NCBI GenBank assembly: GCA_902635045.1
Contig: CACPMT010000002.1
Location: forward strand, 111,993-175,992
Direction: 5' to 3'
Source of the DNA: an uncultured SAR86 cluster bacterium
Lineage (GTDB): Bacteria; Pseudomonadota; Gammaproteobacteria; Magnimaribacterales; AG-339-G14
Length of the DNA: 64,000 nucleotides
Position numbers and translations under genes: made by a program. The stretch's first letter is position 1. Every line of letters starts with the position of its first letter. Below the pieces are notes generated by a model. It was given only the letters and a program-made list of their open reading frames with translations, was not told where the DNA came from and searched no databases. Positions 8,975 through 19,273 of this stretch are shown here, piece by piece.

Positions 8975-9865
8975 TTACTCTCTATTGCTGGAATCTGAAA
9001 CTAACTTATCTGCACTATTTATAAAGCCATATTTGTCTCTGAAATCTCCAAACATTTTTTCGGGTGAAACGGACTCTAGTTCGCCATTTTTATCTTCCGG
9101 GTCAGAATAAAAACCCAATACATAGCCCCCTTTTGAATAACCCATTAAGGCTCTCAACTCTGGAGTCAGATCTTTTGCTATGTGTGGTGGGCACGATAAA
9201 TATTGATTTTCTTCTTGCCTTAACCAAGTTGGAGCATAATGCAAAAACACTCCAAGTCTATTTTCACCAGAAATATTTGCCCCTCCACCATGAATTACTG
9301 AACCTGTATAGATAAAAACAGACCCTTTCTTCATCTCAGCAAAACATATTTCTTTTTCAAGAGGCTTTCTATTTCTATCCCATTTGTGAGAACCTGGAAC
9401 AACTTGGGTGGCTCCATTCTCTTTTTTAAAATCAGTAATCGCCCAAACCGTGCTAAGTTGGGTTTCTATTTTTCTTGGAATATAGCCTCCCCACACTCCT
9501 CTATCTCTATGCAATATTTGTTCACTTTCTCCTGGTGCAATATCAATTGCTGAAGTGAAATGTAATTGATAGCCATCGCTGTGTGGTTCTAGAAACCTTT
9601 TAGATAAATCATTTATTAAAGGGTCTAACGCCAAGACTCTACACTCTGGAGATCTAGCCATTAAAGCTCCAACTCTTCTTGTATTAAAGCCGGTAAAATC
9701 ATCTTGACCTTCTTTGGTGTTTGCTAAAAAAGGATTGAGTTCTTCTGTGATTTTGTTTAACTGACTTTGACTAAGAACGTTATCAATTATTACACCCGCA
9801 TCTTGGTCAATTATTTCAAGCAATTCTTCTATTGAAGCATTCGAATTTACATGTTTTATCGTCAT
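8975..9865 (-). CDS. Phytanoyl-CoA dioxygenase (PhyH) family Fe(II)/2-oxoglutarate oxygenase
   Basis: HRD facial-triad motif, GATQVVPGSHKW, distal HGGGAN. Confidence 0.8.
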   Translation of the reverse strand: MTIKHVNSNASIEELLEIIDQDAGVIIDNVLSQSQLNKITEELNPFLANTKEGQDDFTGFNTRRVGALMARSPECRVLALDPLINDLSKRFLEPHSDGYQLHFTSAIDIAPGESEQILHRDRGVWGGYIPRKIETQLSTVWAITDFKKENGATQVVPGSHKWDRNRKPLEKEICFAEMKKGSVFIYTGSVIHGGGANISGENRLGVFLHYAPTWLRQEENQYLSCPPHIAKDLTPELRALMGYSKGGYVLGFYSDPEDKNGELESVSPEKMFGDFRDKYGFINSADKLVSDSSNRE

Positions 9866-9890
9866 AAATAACTTTCTCCCTCAAAGTGAA

Positions 9891-10877
9891 TTATTCCATA
9901 TTTTTAAAAAGTTTTTCTAAATTTGACATGACATCTTCATCAAGTAATCCTTTTTCTTCAGCTTCGATACATTCAATTAGTTCTTTTCTATTTTTTACTC
10001 CGAGAATAACTGAGCCTACTTGATCTATGCTGAGTGCATATCGATGAGCTAAAGACGCTGGAGTTTCACTGATTTCTTCTGCGAATTTCCTAAAAGGTAG
10101 AGCTTTTTCAAAATCTCTAAAATCTGCTTGATCAAAACCTAAACTATTTGGCTCTCTATCCATTGAAGAAGTCAAAGCACCAGCTTGAGCAGCTCTTATG
10201 GCTAAAATTGGAATGTCTTTTTTTTGACATTCTTCTAGTATTTTATTTGGATTGTTTATTTCGCTGATGTAACCGATAGCACCAATTGAATTTAAAACAT
10301 TCACCGCACATTGCATTGCTTCAGGCGGCTGAGAAGAATTAATTGCTTTTATTAATGCTTTCTCTTGACCAAGTCCTATTCCCCAATGATCAATTTTTCC
10401 TTCTTGCTTTAGTTTTTCAAAAGCTGGAATTACAGCATTAAAGTAACATGAGAGAGTAGTTCCGCTAGATTGTCTTGTTTCATCAAATTTGAAAAAACGA
10501 TAATCATCTTCGATTAATTGAGAATGCAGTAAAAATAAATTAACGTTTTCTAAATGCATTGTTTCAAGACTTCGACACAATGAATTATTCAAAACTTCAT
10601 AAACCTCTGAATCTTTTGGATTTCCCAATCTACATTTAGTAGTTACTTTTATATTTTCTAAATTTTTATCTTTCAAAGCTAAGCCCAAGACCTTTTCAGC
10701 CTCACCTTTTCCATACATTGGGGCAACGTCAAAATGATTTATACCAGAATTATAAGCAAGATTTACTGTTTCAATGGCTTCTGCTCTAGAAGTTTCTCCC
10801 CAAACATTTCCAATTCCACCGCCCCCTAAAGTTAGCGAGCTGACCGTCCCAAAAGGTTTAAATATTCTTTGTTCCAT
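9891..10877 (-). CDS. Aldo/keto reductase
   Basis: INHFDVAPMYGKGEAEKVLG (Asp/Tyr), KVTTKC (Lys), LLHS (His): AKR catalytic tetrad pattern. Confidence 0.85.
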   Translation of the reverse strand: MEQRIFKPFGTVSSLTLGGGGIGNVWGETSRAEAIETVNLAYNSGINHFDVAPMYGKGEAEKVLGLALKDKNLENIKVTTKCRLGNPKDSEVYEVLNNSLCRSLETMHLENVNLFLLHSQLIEDDYRFFKFDETRQSSGTTLSCYFNAVIPAFEKLKQEGKIDHWGIGLGQEKALIKAINSSQPPEAMQCAVNVLNSIGAIGYISEINNPNKILEECQKKDIPILAIRAAQAGALTSSMDREPNSLGFDQADFRDFEKALPFRKFAEEISETPASLAHRYALSIDQVGSVILGVKNRKELIECIEAEEKGLLDEDVMSNLEKLFKNME

Positions 10878-12058
10878 TAGTTATTATGATTTTTATTCAT
10901 TATCGATAAGGCATCATAGCTGTAAAGTTTTTTAAAAATTTTATTGCCTATATATCCCATGACTAAGTTTCTTAAAATTGCAGCTAATCCTGATAAGTGA
11001 AGAACTTTTGCATTTCTTCTTGCAGCTGATTGAACATAAGAGGTTCTCGGTTTTCTAATTTTTTCAAAATACTTAAGTGCTTCTTCGACTTCGTCAAAAT
11101 TATCAATACAGTTTGCTAGAACTGCGCCATCCTCTATAGCCATAGCTGCCCCTTGAGCTAAAAAGGGCAACATAGGATGAGCTGCATCGCCCAAAACTAT
11201 AATTCTTCCTTTGCTCCATTGTTTCATTGGGAGACGATCGTGCAGAGCCCATTTATATAAAGTATTTGGATCAGCATGCTGCAATAAAGTTTCAATTGTT
11301 CTATTCCAACCTTTGTAGGCTTTTTTAAGTTCTTCGATTTCTCCTTTTTCTGACCAACTTTCATTGAACCAACCATCTTGTTCTACTAAACAAACGCAAT
11401 TTAAATTTTTACCTCCGTTAACATGATAAGTCACAAAATGTTTATTGGGTCCTAACCATACGGTTGTGTCAGGTAAAATTAAATTTTCAGGAAGTATCTC
11501 AACTGGAATGAGCATTCGCCACGCAACATTACCAGTATAAATAATTTCTTTTTTTCCAAACAACGAATCACTTACTTTTGAATGGATACCATCTGCTCCT
11601 ATTACAAGGTCGGCTTGGATTTCTTTTCCATCAACCTCGATAAAAGCAGAATTTTTATTGTTGCCAACATTGGTTACTTTCATATTAGAATGAATATCTA
11701 TATTTTTAACTTTAATTTTGTTTAACAAAACTCTTTGTAAATCAGCTCTATGAATATCGTAATTTGGCGAATTAAAGTCTTTTTTTATAGCTCCACCAAG
11801 TTTTCGCTCTGAAATAACTTTTCCTGTTGAGAAATTTAGAAATTGAAAAGAATTAGGTTCAAATATGTAGGGCTCCAGATCTTTAAATAAACCTAGATAA
11901 TTTAAAACTTTAGTTGCATTTGGCGAAAGCTGAATTCCAGCTCCTAATTCAGATAAGATTTCAGCTTGTTCGTAAATCTTAACCTTATGACCTTTTGCAT
12001 CCAAACACAGGGCTGAGACAAGTCCACCAATTCCAGCTCCAACAATAATTACATTCAT
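10877..12058 (-). CDS. FAD-dependent aromatic-ring hydroxylase (salicylate/3-hydroxybenzoate hydroxylase-like)
   Basis: VIIVGAGIGGL dinucleotide fold, GADGIHSKV, GDAAHPMLPFLAQGAAMAIEDG. Confidence 0.85.
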   Translation of the reverse strand: MNVIIVGAGIGGLVSALCLDAKGHKVKIYEQAEILSELGAGIQLSPNATKVLNYLGLFKDLEPYIFEPNSFQFLNFSTGKVISERKLGGAIKKDFNSPNYDIHRADLQRVLLNKIKVKNIDIHSNMKVTNVGNNKNSAFIEVDGKEIQADLVIGADGIHSKVSDSLFGKKEIIYTGNVAWRMLIPVEILPENLILPDTTVWLGPNKHFVTYHVNGGKNLNCVCLVEQDGWFNESWSEKGEIEELKKAYKGWNRTIETLLQHADPNTLYKWALHDRLPMKQWSKGRIIVLGDAAHPMLPFLAQGAAMAIEDGAVLANCIDNFDEVEEALKYFEKIRKPRTSYVQSAARRNAKVLHLSGLAAILRNLVMGYIGNKIFKKLYSYDALSIMNKNHNN

Positions 12059-12087
12059 GCTATATATGTAATGAAAATAATAATTTT

Positions 12088-12831
12088 TTAAGCAGTTTTT
12101 AAGGCAATGTGTTTTAGGCCCTTAATATTTGCTCCCATCAAATCCTCTATTTTAGGAGGAGTTTCACTGATGTCGCCTAATTCGCTTAAAACTAAATGAG
12201 AGTCATCATGTCCTTCTAATGAAGTCATGTCTTTCAGCCAACGACTAACATTTGTAAAAGGTTCAAAGTCATATAAATTTGTAAACTGACTTTGTAGTTG
12301 GCCAATCTCAACATAAGCTGCAATATCGGCAATAGTTGCTCGATCGCCAGTTATAAATTTATTTTTTGCCAGCCATTGATTTTCCAGCATGTTGAGTGCA
12401 TTTTTAAATAATCTTTTCGCCATATTAATTACATCTTCCGACAAACCAAGGTCAGGTCTAGCCATAGGCGCAAAAAAAGCCAAAGTAGCCTCTTTGATAT
12501 TGCGATGATGATAATGCAGAAAATCATCAACTTTTGCTCTTGCTTCAGGGTTTGTTGGATATAAATCTTCCCAGCCATGTTTATTGCAGAGATAACACAT
12601 GATAGCGTGAGATTCGGCTAAGAGAAATCCAGTATCAGGATCTTCCAACGCAGGTATGGTTCCATTTGGATATTTATCCAAGTATGAAGGATGACGTGTT
12701 CCGTTTTCCTCTTTAGATCCAGGAACAGTTAATATCAACTCAAAAGGTAATTCTTTATTAAATAAGAGCCAGAGCACTGCTCTTACTGCTTGCGACATGG
12801 GAACCCCATAGATTTTAATTTTGTCTGTCAT
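12088..12831 (-). CDS. Glutathione S-transferase family protein (Ser-type, theta-like)
   Basis: IKIYGVPMSQAVRAV N-terminal thioredoxin-like fold, NGTIPALED, ESHAIMCYL. Confidence 0.7.
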   Translation of the reverse strand: MTDKIKIYGVPMSQAVRAVLWLLFNKELPFELILTVPGSKEENGTRHPSYLDKYPNGTIPALEDPDTGFLLAESHAIMCYLCNKHGWEDLYPTNPEARAKVDDFLHYHHRNIKEATLAFFAPMARPDLGLSEDVINMAKRLFKNALNMLENQWLAKNKFITGDRATIADIAAYVEIGQLQSQFTNLYDFEPFTNVSRWLKDMTSLEGHDDSHLVLSELGDISETPPKIEDLMGANIKGLKHIALKTA

Positions 12832-12834
12832 TTT

Positions 12835-13677
12835 TTAATCAAGATCGCTTGAATCATGTCTCTCTATAATAGCTTTGTCATTTGGACTACTTGGAGCTCT
12901 ATTGACTCTTATCCCTCTCTTAAAAGCAGGTCGCTTTGCTATTTCCTCTGCCCAGCGTATTACGTTTTTATAAGAGGCAACATCTAAAAATTTTGCCGCA
13001 TTATATGAATTTTTCAAAACTAATGTGCCGTACCAGCAACAAACTGCAATGTCTGAAATATTATAATCATCCCCACATAAAAACTGTCTTGACTCTAAAT
13101 TTTTATCCAAAACATCTAATTGCCTTTTTACTTCCATTGCAAATCTATTAATAGGATATTCAAATTTTTCTGGTGCGTAAGCATAAAAATGGCCAAACCC
13201 CCCGCCTAAATAGGGCGCACTTCCCATTTGCCAAAACAGCCAGGACATACATTCTGCTCGAGCTGAAGCTTCAGTCGGTAACAGCTCACCAAATTTTTCT
13301 GCCAAATAGACCATGATAGCTGCAGATTCAAAAACTCTTGTTGGCGGTTGCGTACTAACATCAAGTAAAGCAGGTATTTTTGAATTTGGATTCACTGCTA
13401 CAAAACCGCTTCCGAATTGGTCGCCCTCTCCAATGTTGATTAAAAAGGCATCGTACTCTGCACCCTCGTGACCCAAGGCCAATAATTCTTCTAATAGAAC
13501 AGTCACCTTCATACCATTTGGGGTACCTAAAGAATAAAGTTGAAGAGGATGTTTTCCTCTTGGTAAATCTTTTTCATGAGTTGCGCCAGAAATTGGTCTA
13601 TTTATATTAGTGAACTTGCCACCACTTTGATTATCCCATTCCCATACTTCAGGTGGCGTATATTTCTCTTCTGCCAT
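12835..13677 (-). CDS. yghU: Nu-class glutathione S-transferase (YghU-like)
   Basis: Near-collinear with E. coli YghU as I recall it: YTPPEVWEWDN, INRPISGATHEK, HPLQLYSLGTPNG, VNPNSKIPAL. Confidence 0.8.
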   Translation of the reverse strand: MAEEKYTPPEVWEWDNQSGGKFTNINRPISGATHEKDLPRGKHPLQLYSLGTPNGMKVTVLLEELLALGHEGAEYDAFLINIGEGDQFGSGFVAVNPNSKIPALLDVSTQPPTRVFESAAIMVYLAEKFGELLPTEASARAECMSWLFWQMGSAPYLGGGFGHFYAYAPEKFEYPINRFAMEVKRQLDVLDKNLESRQFLCGDDYNISDIAVCCWYGTLVLKNSYNAAKFLDVASYKNVIRWAEEIAKRPAFKRGIRVNRAPSSPNDKAIIERHDSSDLD

Positions 13678-13719
13678 GATTTTCTCCTAAAACTTTTAAA
13701 AGTTCGAATAATTATTCTA

Positions 13720-14679
13720 TTAGTTTAATTGTTTGTATGCATTTAAAACATTCCATTTATGAAAACCTTCCATTAAATCTCTAATATTATCCTCAATTTC
13801 AATCTCAGAATTTAAAGAAAGTTTAGAGACAAAACTATTAATATTTTTTTTGTCCTCATGAAGCTGCTTAGATTCAATAATTACATCACTTAAATAATTT
13901 ATATACTTTTTAACAATATTTCCCTCAGCTAATTTTCCATGGCCTGAGACAATGATTTTAGGTTGAATAGTTTTTTCAAGATTTTTCATAGTTTTTAAAT
14001 AATCTCTTAAGTGTTCTGATCTCGCCCAAGGTATACTGCCTTTCCCAAAAACTAAATTACCAGTCCAAGCTATTTTTGAACTCGGCACATAAAGAACAGA
14101 GTCACTAGGTGACATCCCCGGGCCAAAGTAATGCAATTCAACTATTTTTTCTCCCAAATCAAGAGACATTTTTTTTGAAAAAGTTAAAGTTGGCAATCTA
14201 TCTTCAACATCTTTAAAGACATTCATGTCTCCTTTGACGGTAACAGAAATTATTTTTTTTCTGGCATTTAAAGAATTGTCTTTTAAAAATTTTAAAGTTT
14301 TTTCATGAGAAATAATAATCGTAGATTCTGGAAAAACATAATTTCCAAAAACATGATCTCCAAACGCATTTAAATTTACCAAATACTTTATTGGTAAATT
14401 TGTGACTTTTTTAACTGCCTCAATAATTTGCATACCCATTTCACCGTTAAAATGAGCGTCTACAACTAAAACACTGTCCTTCCCAACTATAAATCCAGCG
14501 TTATCTGCAAAAGGAGTATTGGATAAGAGAGCATAAACACCTTCATCGAGTTTTTTTGTTTCTAATTTAACGCCAGTGGGATCTAGTGGTGGCGGAATAA
14601 ACCAAGGAGGTCTCTCACTAGAAAAAACGCTAGCAAAATTAAAAAATATAATAATTAAAAAAGTTATTTTTAACATCAA
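13720..14679 (-). CDS. Secreted metallo-beta-lactamase-fold protein with a degenerate HxHxDH motif
   Basis: Signal peptide (MMLKITFLIIIFFNFASVFS). MBL-like VLVVDAHF and SGHG blocks, but the canonical HxHxDH reads NAFGDH. Confidence 0.6.
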   Translation of the reverse strand: MMLKITFLIIIFFNFASVFSSERPPWFIPPPLDPTGVKLETKKLDEGVYALLSNTPFADNAGFIVGKDSVLVVDAHFNGEMGMQIIEAVKKVTNLPIKYLVNLNAFGDHVFGNYVFPESTIIISHEKTLKFLKDNSLNARKKIISVTVKGDMNVFKDVEDRLPTLTFSKKMSLDLGEKIVELHYFGPGMSPSDSVLYVPSSKIAWTGNLVFGKGSIPWARSEHLRDYLKTMKNLEKTIQPKIIVSGHGKLAEGNIVKKYINYLSDVIIESKQLHEDKKNINSFVSKLSLNSEIEIEDNIRDLMEGFHKWNVLNAYKQLN

Positions 14680-14685
14680 TACAAA

Positions 14686-15090
14686 TTAAACTTGTTGAGT
14701 CATCTGTTTCCAGAGATAGCGCATCGCAATAACAGCTGGTATGTAATAACCCAAGACAAACAGCGAAATCAAACGTGTTTCGTTAGCTGCCATCCCAAAA
14801 GCTAAAAATGCAGGGCCATCTATCAAATCAGTAAATAATCTAATGAAGATCAGTATAAAAAGCATGGGAGCATTTTTTAAATAAATTGCGATAAAAAAAG
14901 CAATTCCAACTGCAAAATTTCGTGCTAAGTAGATAAGACTTCCAACAACAAGATTTGATGCTTCAGGTCCTCCTAAAAAGGCTGGATTAGTTAAGGCTAA
15001 ATAAGGACCAACGAACATTGGCCAGATTTCCATAAAAAGAACTATGTAAAGCCACCATGGAATCTGTAATCTATGAGAAAGCTGATTCAT
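14686..15090 (-). CDS. Small 4-TM membrane protein, unknown function
   Basis: 134-aa ORF, strongly hydrophobic, 6 bp upstream of the MBL-fold gene. Confidence 0.55.
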   Translation of the reverse strand: MNQLSHRLQIPWWLYIVLFMEIWPMFVGPYLALTNPAFLGGPEASNLVVGSLIYLARNFAVGIAFFIAIYLKNAPMLFILIFIRLFTDLIDGPAFLAFGMAANETRLISLFVLGYYIPAVIAMRYLWKQMTQQV

Positions 15091-15126
15091 TTGTAATCTC
15101 CCTACCTAAAAAATAAATAAATCTTT

Positions 15127-16116
15127 TTAACTTTCGTAAACAGTGTTGTGAGTGTTATTTACTCGAACAAAAGTAGTACATTTCGAAAGCGTTTTTAATC
15201 TATTAGCGCCAACATAAGTACATGCAGACCTAATTCCACTTAAAATATCTTTAATGGTCTCATCGGCCTTGCCTCGGTATTCAACTTCAACCGTTTTTCC
15301 CTCTACACCCCGATACGCATTATGGTTATCATGCCTTGTCATAGCAGATTCAGAAGCCATGCCATAAAATTTCATTACGCCATTTTCTAACGTTCCGTCA
15401 CATTCATCATGACCAGCCAACATACCGCCAATCATGACAAAGTCAGCGCCGCCTGCAAAAGCCTTCACAATATCGCCCGAACTAACACATCCACCATCAG
15501 CAATAATATGAGCATTTAATCCATGGGCTGCATCAGCACATTCTATGACCGCGCTTAATTGCGGATAACCGATACCAGTTTTAATTCTTGTTGTACAAAC
15601 GGAACCTGGCCCAATACCAACTTTAACGATATCAGCACCAGCTAAAATCAACTCTTGCGTCATGTCTGCAGTCACAACGTTTCCAGCCGCAATAGTTGCT
15701 TTTGGACATTTTTCTCTTAATTTTTTAACTGCATCTACAAATTTTATTGTGTAGCCATTGGCAACATCGAGACCTATGAAACCCGATGAAGTTTTTGAAA
15801 GTTTTGAAATATCATCAATTCCACCAAACCAACAAACATTACTTTTTCCCCTTTTGAATTTATCTAAATTCTTTTTTAAATGGTGCTTAGCTGGACAAGT
15901 AATTAGATTGTATTTAGAAAGTACTCTGTGCATTGCTGGTGTGCCCACTGTGTCCATGTTGGCAGACATAATAGGAATTCCAGTCCATTTTTTTTTACTC
16001 CAGAGAAATGTATGTGTGCGCTCTAGATTTACTTCCCCTCTTGAACTCATCGTAGACCTCTTGGGCCTGATCAAGACATCCGAATAATCAAGTTTTACTT
16101 CTTCGTTAACTAACAA
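15127..16116 (-). CDS. guaC: GMP reductase
   Basis: [16 protein letters not shown]-terminus and [11 protein letters not shown], no CBS insert, about 330 aa. This distinguishes it from IMPDH. Confidence 0.9.
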   Translation of the reverse strand: MLVNEEVKLDYSDVLIRPKRSTMSSRGEVNLERTHTFLWSKKKWTGIPIMSANMDTVGTPAMHRVLSKYNLITCPAKHHLKKNLDKFKRGKSNVCWFGGIDDISKLSKTSSGFIGLDVANGYTIKFVDAVKKLREKCPKATIAAGNVVTADMTQELILAGADIVKVGIGPGSVCTTRIKTGIGYPQLSAVIECADAAHGLNAHIIADGGCVSSGDIVKAFAGGADFVMIGGMLAGHDECDGTLENGVMKFYGMASESAMTRHDNHNAYRGVEGKTVEVEYRGKADETIKDILSGIRSACTYVGANRLKTLSKCTTFVRVNNTHNTVYES

Positions 16117-16192
16117 TCTCTATATCCATTCTCAGAGATACTTTATCTTAATCTGGTAATCATTAAAATATTTTTTGTGTATAGTTATTAAA

Positions 16193-16915
16193 ATGATAAA
16201 TCTTGAAAAGAAAGAATCCATTTATTTTTTAACAATGGATGCTGGGGAAAATCGCTGGAATACAACTTTTGTTAGAGAATTTTCCAAGGCTTTTGATGAA
16301 GTTGAAAAAGATGACGGTCCAGGAGCATTAATAACTACTTCTAGTGATCCAAAATTTTTTTCAAATGGCCTTGACTTAGATTGGATCCAATCTCCTAGTG
16401 ATTTTCCAGAAAGAGGAGACAGAGAAGTATTTGGTGAAGAGTTTATGTTTCTAATGGGAAGGATCATAACTTTACCGATCCCTACAATTTGTGCAATCAA
16501 TGGTCATGCCTTTGGAGCCGGCTTCATGCTTGCTCTTTCTCATGATGTAAGAATAATGCGAGAAGATAGAGGATTTCTTTGTGCTAATGAAATTCAACTT
16601 GGCCTTAAAATTCCAAGACCAGAATTAGCTCTTTTTCGTCATAAAATACCAGCACATTCTTTTTTTGAAACAGTTCAGTTATCCAAGCGCTGGACTGGGC
16701 CAGCTGCATTGGAAGCTGGAATTATTCAGTCAGTCAGTAACATTGATAATCTTGCTGAAATTACAAAATCAAAGGCGGAAGAATTAGCCCCTTTAGCAGC
16801 TGATAGAGAAAACTTTGGGACTCAAAAAGAAATGCTTTATGGTGAAAATGCAGCAATTAATTTAAATCACGGGCCCGCTCATATGCTCAAAAATTCAAAA
16901 GAGTTCGATGTATGA
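16193..16915 (+). CDS. Enoyl-CoA hydratase/isomerase (crotonase) family protein
   Basis: Crotonase blocks FFSNGLDL and AINGHAFGAGFMLALSHD. I prefer the ATG at 16193 over the TTG at 16175 given in the track. Confidence 0.8.
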   Translation: MINLEKKESIYFLTMDAGENRWNTTFVREFSKAFDEVEKDDGPGALITTSSDPKFFSNGLDLDWIQSPSDFPERGDREVFGEEFMFLMGRIITLPIPTICAINGHAFGAGFMLALSHDVRIMREDRGFLCANEIQLGLKIPRPELALFRHKIPAHSFFETVQLSKRWTGPAALEAGIIQSVSNIDNLAEITKSKAEELAPLAADRENFGTQKEMLYGENAAINLNHGPAHMLKNSKEFDV

Positions 16916-17826
16916 GTAATTCCATTTTTAGAAAAGATGGAACAGCGCAAGGAGTAGCCAAACAACGCTATATAGAGACCATTGCCGATCCTGCCAAACG
17001 CGTCATAGATGATCCTTATTCAAGCATTTTTACACTTGGGGCCGGCCTCATAAAACTCATGGGGCATGGGTTAAATCTTTGGCTTACAAATAAATTAGCT
17101 CCTGGCTTCCATGAACATCTTATTGCACGCACACGCTTTATTGATGATCTTGTAAAAGAAAGTACAGAAAATGGTATAGAACAATATGTAATCCTAGGAG
17201 CAGGATATGACATGCGAGCTCATCGACTTGATCTTCCGACATCATTAAAAATTTTTGAAGTAGATCAGCCCGCAGTTCAGTCAAAAAAAATTTCTAAACT
17301 GCCAAAAGAATTATCTGATTTGGACAACGTTAGTTATGTGAATGTCGATTTTGCCAACCAATCTGTTAGCGAAAGATTGATTGAGGCTGGATTTGATCAA
17401 ACAAAATCTTCTATTTTCACTCTTGAAGGAGTTACGCAATACATCGCCAAAGATGCTTTCAATTCAACATTGAGTGAAATAGCGAAACTTGTTCATAGAA
17501 CTCAAGCAATTTTTTTCTTATCTTATGTTGATGAACTTCTAAATCAAAACCCAGAGGCATGTTTTGGCAATGGTTATCCAAATCCAGCCAAAAAAGCTAG
17601 TTTGATTCAAAATTTATCTGCCAAGGCTGCGGATGAACCTTGGATTTCTTTCTATTCCCCAAAAGAAATGGAAAATACTCTCTCAAATAACGGTTTTACT
17701 TTAAAAGAAGATAAAGTTTTGAAAGATGTTAATGTTGAGTATTTTAGTCCAGTCAAGAGAACTCTTTCTGAAAATCAAATATTCAACTTAGAACATTTTG
17801 TTGTTGCTAAAACTATAGACCAATAA
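16912..17826 (+). CDS. SAM-dependent O-methyltransferase (leucine carboxyl methyltransferase/TIGR00027-like)
   Basis: VILGAGYDMRAHRL and FEVDQPAVQ blocks. 4-nt overlap with the upstream crotonase gene. Confidence 0.75.
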   Translation: MSNSIFRKDGTAQGVAKQRYIETIADPAKRVIDDPYSSIFTLGAGLIKLMGHGLNLWLTNKLAPGFHEHLIARTRFIDDLVKESTENGIEQYVILGAGYDMRAHRLDLPTSLKIFEVDQPAVQSKKISKLPKELSDLDNVSYVNVDFANQSVSERLIEAGFDQTKSSIFTLEGVTQYIAKDAFNSTLSEIAKLVHRTQAIFFLSYVDELLNQNPEACFGNGYPNPAKKASLIQNLSAKAADEPWISFYSPKEMENTLSNNGFTLKEDKVLKDVNVEYFSPVKRTLSENQIFNLEHFVVAKTIDQ

Positions 17827-17832
17827 ATATAT

Positions 17833-18444
17833 TTATTTTTCTGTACTAATATTATTTGGCGCTGTTGGGGTGTTTAAAAAAGTAATCGCCCAATGGACTA
17901 AAATTATCAAAGCTAAATCTTCTGTTACATAAAACAGTCTACTCAACCCAATTCCACCCAGAAAAGTAAAAATGCAGGCTTTCAATTTCCAACGTAAAGT
18001 AAAATAGTGGAGAGATGCAAAAAGCAAATTGCTTAAAAAAATTCCAATTAAAAAATTATGTTCTTTTAAAAAAGAATCGGAAAATAAAATAGGTAAAGAA
18101 ACTCGAAATCCGATTTCCTCAATTATCGAAATAAACAATAAATATATTATCCAGAATGTTTGACGATAACTAAGCTCTTTTGAAAAGAGCCTCAAATAAA
18201 AAAACATAAAAAAACTTAAACCCAGACTGACAAATGCATATCTATTAATATTCAAAAAAAATTTGTCGAGCGAAGAAAATAAAGCAGCAAATACAACTGG
18301 AAATAACAAACAACCAAAAAAGATTAGACTCATAGTCATACCATGTCTTAAAAGTACTTGACGAAATTTAGATATGTAAATTGAAGGATTTTGACTGGCT
18401 CTTTGAAGACGACCTTCTGAAATCGAAATACTGGACCTATTCAT
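17833..18444 (-). CDS. CPBP (CAAX/Abi) family intramembrane metalloprotease
   Basis: EEIGFR motif 1, FASLHY motif, multiple TM helices. Confidence 0.7.
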   Translation of the reverse strand: MNRSSISISEGRLQRASQNPSIYISKFRQVLLRHGMTMSLIFFGCLLFPVVFAALFSSLDKFFLNINRYAFVSLGLSFFMFFYLRLFSKELSYRQTFWIIYLLFISIIEEIGFRVSLPILFSDSFLKEHNFLIGIFLSNLLFASLHYFTLRWKLKACIFTFLGGIGLSRLFYVTEDLALIILVHWAITFLNTPTAPNNISTEK

Positions 18445-18478
18445 TTCTTATTGATGGAAAATTTTTTTAATCAAGTAA

Positions 18479-19273
18479 TTATAGATATTTGAGAAAGAAT
18501 ATCCCTTGAATATCTGCAACATTTCTTCCCAAAGATTTTTGACTATCGAACGCATGATCTTCATCTGCATAAACATGAATTTCAGCCGTTCGTTTGTGTT
18601 TTTGAAGATCTCGATAAAAATCTTCAGATTCACTCAAGGGAACCACCTTGTCTTCTGAGCCATGTATCAATAAACATGGAGGAAAAGACGAAAGGTCCTG
18701 TTTAATTGGACTGGCTTTTATATATTCGTCTGATGAAGCAGTATCCCCCATCAGTAAAGCAAATGCATTAAGTTTTCCTTCAGGAACTTCTTCTCTTATA
18801 AGCGTCGGGGGATATACAGCACAAATTGCTTTTACTTTGCTATCAAATTCTAGATTTCCACCCTTTCCTTCAAAGTTATCATCGTTTGAAGCACACATTA
18901 ATGCCAAGTGACCTCCTGCTGAGTTACCAGTAACCCCAATTCTATCTGGATCAATCCCAAGTTTTTTTGAATTAGCCTTTAAATATCTAATTGCACATTT
19001 TATATCTTCAATTTGTGAAGGCCATTTGGCTTCTTGAGACAGCCTATAAGAAGCGCATAAACATACAAAACCCAGCCTGGACAGCAATACACCATATCCT
19101 CTTAATTGAGTCTTATCTCCTTCCATCCAGCCACCACCATGGATAACCACAATAGCAGGTTTGCTTGAATTATCATCTGGTGGAATAAACAGGTCGCCTA
19201 AAAGATCTCTATCGCCTGCTTTTCCAATTAAAACATCGTCCTTAATTTTGACGATTTTTTTTTCTTTATTCAT
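18479..19273 (-). CDS. Alpha/beta hydrolase, HSL-type esterase/lipase
   Basis: VVIHGGGW oxyanion motif, GNSAGGHLA nucleophile elbow, C-terminal DHAF. Confidence 0.8.
   Translation of the reverse strand: MNKEKKIVKIKDDVLIGKAGDRDLLGDLFIPPDDNSSKPAIVVIHGGGWMEGDKTQLRGYGVLLSRLGFVCLCASYRLSQEAKWPSQIEDIKCAIRYLKANSKKLGIDPDRIGVTGNSAGGHLALMCASNDDNFEGKGGNLEFDSKVKAICAVYPPTLIREEVPEGKLNAFALLMGDTASSDEYIKASPIKQDLSSFPPCLLIHGSEDKVVPLSESEDFYRDLQKHKRTAEIHVYADEDHAFDSQKSLGRNVADIQGIFFLKYL

Noticed and set aside
18448-18633. 61-aa ORF overlapping the 3' end of the esterase gene on the same strand.
   Set aside because: It lies in a different frame of a well-supported alpha/beta hydrolase CDS. The Lys/Ile/Phe-rich translation is typical of AT-rich noise.
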